Assembly: GCA_963699255.1 (NCBI GenBank)
Contig: OY969425.1
Coordinates: 600,001-632,000 of the forward strand
Reading direction: 5' to 3'
Length of the DNA: 32,000 bases
From: an uncultured bacterium
GTDB taxonomy: Bacteria; Margulisbacteria; WOR-1; CAVSGV01
Numbering within the stretch: the first letter of the stretch is position 1; the number at the start of each line of letters is the position of its first letter. Under the pieces are notes generated by a model that made no database searches, was not told the origin of the DNA, and saw only the letters and a list, made by a program, of their open reading frames with translations. This document shows, piece after piece, positions 27,257-32,000 of this stretch. Position numbers and translations under genes: made by a program.

Positions 27257-28717
27257 TTATTTCCAGGTCAGCTTCGGCTCTCTAGCCGCCTTAGTCTCAT
27301 CAAGCCTGGAGATCGGAGTTGAATAAGGAGCTCCTCTGACCAGATCCGGATCCGTCTCGCATTCTTTCGCGATCGCGATCATCGCGTCGCAGAACCTGTC
27401 GAGGGTCTCCTTTGATTCGGTTTCGGTGGGCTCGATCATGAGAGCTTCGTGAACGATCAGGGGGAAATAGATCGTCGGAGGATGATACCCGTAGTCGATT
27501 AGCCTCTTCGCTATATCAAGAGCTTTGACGCCGTATTTTTCTTTCTGCCACTGGGCCGAGATGACGAATTCGTGCTGGCATACTTTATCATAAGGAAGAT
27601 GATAATAGGGCTTTAACCTGTTCAGGATATAATTCGCGTTCAACACCGCGTTCTCAGAAACTTCTTTCAGCCCCTGGACCCCTAAAGACAAAATATACGC
27701 GTAAGCCTTTACGATGACGTTTATGTTACCGTAAAAAGAATGCACCCTCCCGATGCTTTTCGGATATCCTGAATCCGAGAACCGGTATCCGGCATTCGAC
27801 TTTTCGATCCTTGGAACAGGAAGAAAAGGTTCCAGGTGTTTTTTAACGCAGACCGGTCCGGCCCCGGGACCTCCTCCTCCGTGAGGTGTTGAAAAAGATT
27901 TGTGAAGATTGAAATGCGCGACGTCAAAACCAAGGTCGGCGGGGGTGACTTTTATGAGTGTGGCGTTAGCGTTCGCGCCGTCGTAGTACAGCTGCCCTCC
28001 GGCTTTATGTACGATGTCCGCTATCTCAAGGATATTTTCATCGAAAAGCCCGAGCGTGTTCGGATTTGTCAGCATCAGTGCCGCGGTATCGGGTCCGACA
28101 GCTTTTCTAAGCTCTTCTATGTCCACGCCGCCGTTCGCGTTCGATCTTACCTGCACGGCATGCCAGCCGACCATCGATACCGACGCGGGATTCGTCCCGT
28201 GGGAAGAATCCGGAACGATGACCTTGTCCCTCATCCCCTGTCCCCTGTCCTTGTGGTACGCCTTGATCATGAATAAGGAAGTAAGTTCTCCGTGAGCTCC
28301 CGCCGCGGGCTGAAGAGTGGCAGAGTCAAAACCGAATATCGCGCAAATATATCTTTCAAAATCATAGAGAAGCTCAAGCACGCCCTGGACCGTTGCCCCG
28401 TCCTGGTGGGGATTCACGCAGGTAAATCCCGGATAAGCGGAGATATCCTCGTTGACCCTGGGATTGTATTTCATAGTGCAGGAGCCCAGCGGATAGAAAC
28501 CGCTATCAACCCCGAAATTCTTGTGTGAGAGTCGGGTAAAATGCCTGATCACATCTATCTCGGACAGTTCGGGAAGCTCGGGGAGGGATTGATCAAGCAT
28601 TTGTTCAGGTATCAGCTTGTCGGTCCTTTCAGACGGGACATCAAGCTTGGGGAGCGAATATGCGGCTCTCCCGGGTCTGCTTATTTCATTTAGAAGTGGT
28701 TCCATGGCATCAAACAC
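27257..28717 (-). CDS. gcvPB: Glycine dehydrogenase (decarboxylating) subunit 2
   Basis: 486 aa; [39 protein letters not shown]. Confidence 0.97.
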   Translation of the reverse strand: MFDAMEPLLNEISRPGRAAYSLPKLDVPSERTDKLIPEQMLDQSLPELPELSEIDVIRHFTRLSHKNFGVDSGFYPLGSCTMKYNPRVNEDISAYPGFTCVNPHQDGATVQGVLELLYDFERYICAIFGFDSATLQPAAGAHGELTSLFMIKAYHKDRGQGMRDKVIVPDSSHGTNPASVSMVGWHAVQVRSNANGGVDIEELRKAVGPDTAALMLTNPNTLGLFDENILEIADIVHKAGGQLYYDGANANATLIKVTPADLGFDVAHFNLHKSFSTPHGGGGPGAGPVCVKKHLEPFLPVPRIEKSNAGYRFSDSGYPKSIGRVHSFYGNINVIVKAYAYILSLGVQGLKEVSENAVLNANYILNRLKPYYHLPYDKVCQHEFVISAQWQKEKYGVKALDIAKRLIDYGYHPPTIYFPLIVHEALMIEPTETESKETLDRFCDAMIAIAKECETDPDLVRGAPYSTPISRLDETKAAREPKLTWK

Positions 28718-29825
28718 TTATACTATGGTTTTCTGTGTGTCCGAAATCGAAGAAATGCACTTTTCTCAGGTCGATCACGACCTTTATGTTTGTACCAGGG
28801 TTGGCGGCAATATATGATCCTACCTTGGCTATAATGGGGATGGTCCCGGCCTTTAAATAGAGGTAAATTTCATCGCCCATCAATTCCCTGAAATCAACTT
28901 TTGCCCAGACCTGGTCATTCTCATTCGCCTGAAGCCATTTGGCCTGAGCTTCATCATATATATCCGAAGGCCTTACTCCCATGATCACTTCCTTGCCGAC
29001 ATATTTATCCATTATGTCCTTGATCAGAGGATATACTTTTATCTCAAAAGATTCACTGATGAACTTCAATGCATTGTCTTTTTTACATATTGTGCCTTTA
29101 AGAAAGTTCATGGGCGGACTTCCGATGAATCCGGCAACGAATCTGTTGAGAGGTTTTTCATACACGGTAAGGGGTTTGTCAACCTGCTGGACTTCGCCGT
29201 TCAGAACGACCGCGATGCGCTCACCCAGCGTCATAGCCTCCACCTGGTCGTGGGTAACATAGACCACCGTGGTCTGAAGTTTGGCGTGTATCCTTTTCAG
29301 CTCCGCTCTCATCTGCACGCGCAGTTTGGCGTCGAGGTTCGAAAGAGGTTCGTCCATCAGGAACACCGCCGGCTGCCTCACTATGGCCCTTCCCAGCGCT
29401 ACCCTCTGGCGCTGCCCTCCGGACAGCTGCTTGGGCAGCCTGTTCAACAGGTCCCTTAACCCTAGTATATCGGCGGCATTCTCAACGCGTTCGTCGATCT
29501 CTTTCTTCTTCGTTCCTCTGATCTTCAACCCGAAAGCCATGTTGTCGTATACGTTCATGTGGGGATAAAGTGCGTAATTCTGAAAGACCATGGCGATATT
29601 CCTGTCTTTTGGAGGCACGTCGTTTATGAGCCGGTCCCCGATGAAAATTTTCCCTTCGGTGACCTCTTCAAGTCCGGCGATCGTCCTAAGCAGCGTGGTT
29701 TTTCCGCATCCGGAAGGACCGACCAGAACAAGGAATTCCTTATCTTTTATCTCCAGGTTTACGTTCTTTACAGCGGTTACATCATCAAATTTCTTTGTGA
29801 TGTTCTGTATCAGTACTCTTGCCAA
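28710..29825 (-). CDS. ugpC: sn-glycerol-3-phosphate/sugar ABC transporter ATP-binding protein (UgpC/MalK family)
   Basis: 371 aa; [36 protein letters not shown]-terminal TOBE-like domain. TTG start with AAGGAA upstream. Confidence 0.85.
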   Translation of the reverse strand: MARVLIQNITKKFDDVTAVKNVNLEIKDKEFLVLVGPSGCGKTTLLRTIAGLEEVTEGKIFIGDRLINDVPPKDRNIAMVFQNYALYPHMNVYDNMAFGLKIRGTKKKEIDERVENAADILGLRDLLNRLPKQLSGGQRQRVALGRAIVRQPAVFLMDEPLSNLDAKLRVQMRAELKRIHAKLQTTVVYVTHDQVEAMTLGERIAVVLNGEVQQVDKPLTVYEKPLNRFVAGFIGSPPMNFLKGTICKKDNALKFISESFEIKVYPLIKDIMDKYVGKEVIMGVRPSDIYDEAQAKWLQANENDQVWAKVDFRELMGDEIYLYLKAGTIPIIAKVGSYIAANPGTNIKVVIDLRKVHFFDFGHTENHSISV

Positions 29826-29842
29826 TTAATTTTCCTTCTCTA

Positions 29843-29918
29843 GGAGCCTGAGGCTGAATCCCGACATAAACCCCAACCAGGGTGTTGGGGTAAAGTCGGG
29901 ACAAGCTGCCTCGGCTCC
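29843..29918. repeat. Long nested palindrome with family B core
   Basis: GGAGCCTGAGGC..TCCCGAC..ACCCCAAC-CAGGGT-GTTGGGGT..GTCGGGA..GCCTCGGCTCC. Confidence 0.7.
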
Positions 29919-29990
29919 AAACACTCTATTCAGTATCACTATGATTTCTGGAACCGCCCCGACCTTTGGCCGTGGGCAGGTTCCAAGACC

Positions 29991-30452
29991 TTAAATCTGA
30001 CCTAGAACATTCGCCATCTCTATGGCGGACATGGCTGCCGCAAAACCCTTGTTGCCGGGCTTTGCTCCGGCTCTCTCAAGCGCCTGCTCCAGGTTGTCAG
30101 TTGTAAGTATGCCGAATATTACCGGGACGCCCGAATCAAGCGATACCTTTGCGACGCCTTTCGCCGCTTCAGAAGCAACGTAATCAAAATGAGGCGTGCC
30201 GCCCCTTATGACCGCGCCCAGACAGATAATAGCATTATACTTTTTTGCCGCGAGTTTCTTCGCGACGACCGGGATCTCAAAAGCCCCAGGAGCCCAAATG
30301 ATATCTATTGATTCATCCCCCGCCCCGTGTCTTTTTAAACAGTCGAGTGCTCCGTCAAGAAGCCCCTTCGATACCAGATCGTTGAACCTGCTCACTATGA
30401 CCGCGAATTTCAGCCCCGATGCGTCTAACTTGCCCTCGATTGTTTTTCCCAT
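29991..30452 (-). CDS. ribH: 6,7-dimethyl-8-ribityllumazine synthase
   Basis: [54 protein letters not shown]. Confidence 0.97.
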   Translation of the reverse strand: MGKTIEGKLDASGLKFAVIVSRFNDLVSKGLLDGALDCLKRHGAGDESIDIIWAPGAFEIPVVAKKLAAKKYNAIICLGAVIRGGTPHFDYVASEAAKGVAKVSLDSGVPVIFGILTTDNLEQALERAGAKPGNKGFAAAMSAIEMANVLGQI

Positions 30453-31687
30453 GCCCCCTGCCTCCCTTTCAGATCTCCCTTATTAAATGAGAGAATATGA
30501 CCAAGCCTTTTTGACTTTGTCCTGAGATACCTAATATTATGCTTATTTGGAATAATTTCAAGCGGAATTCTCTGCGTAACGGTCAATCCGTAGCCCTCCA
30601 GCCCGACGATCTTTCTAGGATTGTTCGTTATCAGCTTGATAGACGAAAGACCGAGATCCGCCAGGATCTGCGCGCCGATCCCATAATCCCTCAGGTCGGC
30701 TTTATAGCCCAGGTCCTCGTTCGCCTCCACGGTGTCCCTGCCTTTATCCTGTAATTCATATGCCTTCAATTTTCCCAGCAGCCCGATGCCCCTGCCCTCC
30801 TGCCTCATATAAAGAAGTACCCCCCTGTCGGCGCTGCCGATCATCTCCAGCGATCTGGACAGCTGTTCCCCGCAATCACACCTTAGCGAAGTAAAAACAT
30901 CCCCCGTCAGGCATTCCGAATGCACTCTTACCAGGACATCCTTCTTTTTGCTGACGCTGCCTTTGACCAGGGCTATGTGATAATATCCTTCCAGTGTATC
31001 TTTGTAGCCGTGGAGCACAAAATCCCCGTATCTTGTAGGGAGTTTTGTCGTCGCGATCTTTTCTATCAGCTTTTCTTTTTTTATCCTGTATTTGATCAGA
31101 TCGGCTATGGTTATGATCTTGATCTTGTGCTTCTTTGAGAATTTCATCAGGTCGGGGGTCCTGGCCATTTTCCCGTCAGGCTTTATGATCTCGCATATTA
31201 CCCCCGCGGGCAAAAGCCCTGCGATGCGGGCCAGATCAACGGCTGCTTCCGTATGCCCCGCGCGTCTTATCGTGCCTCCAGGCATCGCCTTTAAGGGGAA
31301 AATATGCCCCGGCCTTACAAGATCGGACGGCCTGGATGACGGATTGATCAGAACCTCTATCGTCTTTGCCCTGTCTGAAGGAGAAATGCCTGTGGTAACA
31401 TCGAACTTCTTCGCGGCGTCAACTGAAACGGTGAACGCGGTCTTCATCAGTTCCGTGTTCTCGGAGACCATGGCCTTCAGGTCCAGCCTGTCTAGCTGTT
31501 CTTCCGTCATGGGGCAGCACACGAGGCCCTTTGCGTAAGATATCATGAAATTAATGGCGTTCGCGGTGACCTTTTCCGCGGCCATGACAAGGTCGCCTTC
31601 GTTCTCCCTGTCCCTGTCATCAAGCACGATGACCATCCTGCCGTTGGCGATATCTTTTGCTGCTTCTTCTATAGTATTGAATTTCAA
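30425..31687 (-). CDS. ribBA: Bifunctional 3,4-dihydroxy-2-butanone-4-phosphate synthase / GTP cyclohydrolase II
   Basis: [61 protein letters not shown]. Confidence 0.97.
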   Translation of the reverse strand: MKFNTIEEAAKDIANGRMVIVLDDRDRENEGDLVMAAEKVTANAINFMISYAKGLVCCPMTEEQLDRLDLKAMVSENTELMKTAFTVSVDAAKKFDVTTGISPSDRAKTIEVLINPSSRPSDLVRPGHIFPLKAMPGGTIRRAGHTEAAVDLARIAGLLPAGVICEIIKPDGKMARTPDLMKFSKKHKIKIITIADLIKYRIKKEKLIEKIATTKLPTRYGDFVLHGYKDTLEGYYHIALVKGSVSKKKDVLVRVHSECLTGDVFTSLRCDCGEQLSRSLEMIGSADRGVLLYMRQEGRGIGLLGKLKAYELQDKGRDTVEANEDLGYKADLRDYGIGAQILADLGLSSIKLITNNPRKIVGLEGYGLTVTQRIPLEIIPNKHNIRYLRTKSKRLGHILSFNKGDLKGRQGAWEKQSRAS

Positions 31688-32000
31688 TTCAAGAACCCGG
31701 TCCTTTTCAGGAAATTTTCGTCGATCTTCGAGTCCCTGAAAGCCACCAGTGAACCGAAATCCCTTACCTTTATGAGATTCTCCAGGTATTTGGCGAGAAC
31801 ATCATATTCAAGGTTCACCCGATCGCCTATCTTCTTATGAAAAAGGTTCGTCATGAGCGCCGTGTGAGGGATCAATGCGACCCTGAACGATCCAGGGAAC
31901 AGGCGCGAAACCGTCAAACTTACGCCGTCAACGGCTATGGAACCTTTTTCGGTAACATATCTTTTTGAGCTTTCGGGCAGGTTTATCTCCATTTCCCTGT
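31684..32000 (-). CDS. ribE: Riboflavin synthase (partial, runs off the right edge)
   Basis: KRYVTEKGSIAVDGVSLTVSRLF...ALIPHTALMTNLFHKKIGDRVNLEYDVLAKYLENL = second lumazine-binding repeat. Confidence 0.9.
   Translation of the reverse strand, partial: REMEINLPESSKRYVTEKGSIAVDGVSLTVSRLFPGSFRVALIPHTALMTNLFHKKIGDRVNLEYDVLAKYLENLIKVRDFGSLVAFRDSKIDENFLKRTGFLN

Noticed and set aside
1-32000. CRISPR arrays, tRNA/rRNA genes, transposases, toxin-antitoxin or defence islands
   Set aside because: No regular spacer-repeat pattern, no tRNA-like cloverleaf noticed in the intergenic gaps, and no mobile or defence gene signatures; the YgiT-type zinc finger has no adjacent toxin-like ORF.

Overview
A gene-dense 32 kb bacterial chromosomal segment, mostly housekeeping genes. 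The phylum is not assignable by eye; the gene set (including an LptD-like protein) suggests a Gram-negative, possibly a candidate-phylum MAG. On the minus strand: ftsX(partial)-ftsE-glyA; a surface lipoprotein gene broken by a frameshift; mltG-ruvX-alaS-tmk-lptD-like-dnaB; a small zinc-ribbon ORF; a rubrerythrin-like gene; an outer-membrane protein; uvrA; a PHP-domain gene; yebC; an AmmeMemoRadiSam radical-SAM gene; rtcB (frameshifted); a lipoate ligase family gene; gcvPB; ugpC-like; ribH-ribBA-riboflavin synthase (partial). On the plus strand: a YgiT-type zinc-finger gene, a guaB3-like gene, guaA and a DUF502 gene. No CRISPR array, tRNA/rRNA, transposase or convincing new multi-gene defence or biosynthetic system was seen. 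The observations most worth following up are: (i) several genes with a sigma70-like -10 box only 7-11 nt before the start codon and no Shine-Dalgarno, suggesting leaderless mRNAs; (ii) a 27-aa single-pass membrane microprotein ORF with a strong SD downstream of uvrA; (iii) a structured intergenic repeat with compensatory changes between its two copies, plus other palindromic repeat families, one forming the 5' end of the lptD-like ORF; (iv) two single-nucleotide frame disruptions; (v) a Gly-to-Val change in the second Walker A motif of UvrA; (vi) a 54-aa Cys-rich ORF next to a rubrerythrin-like gene.
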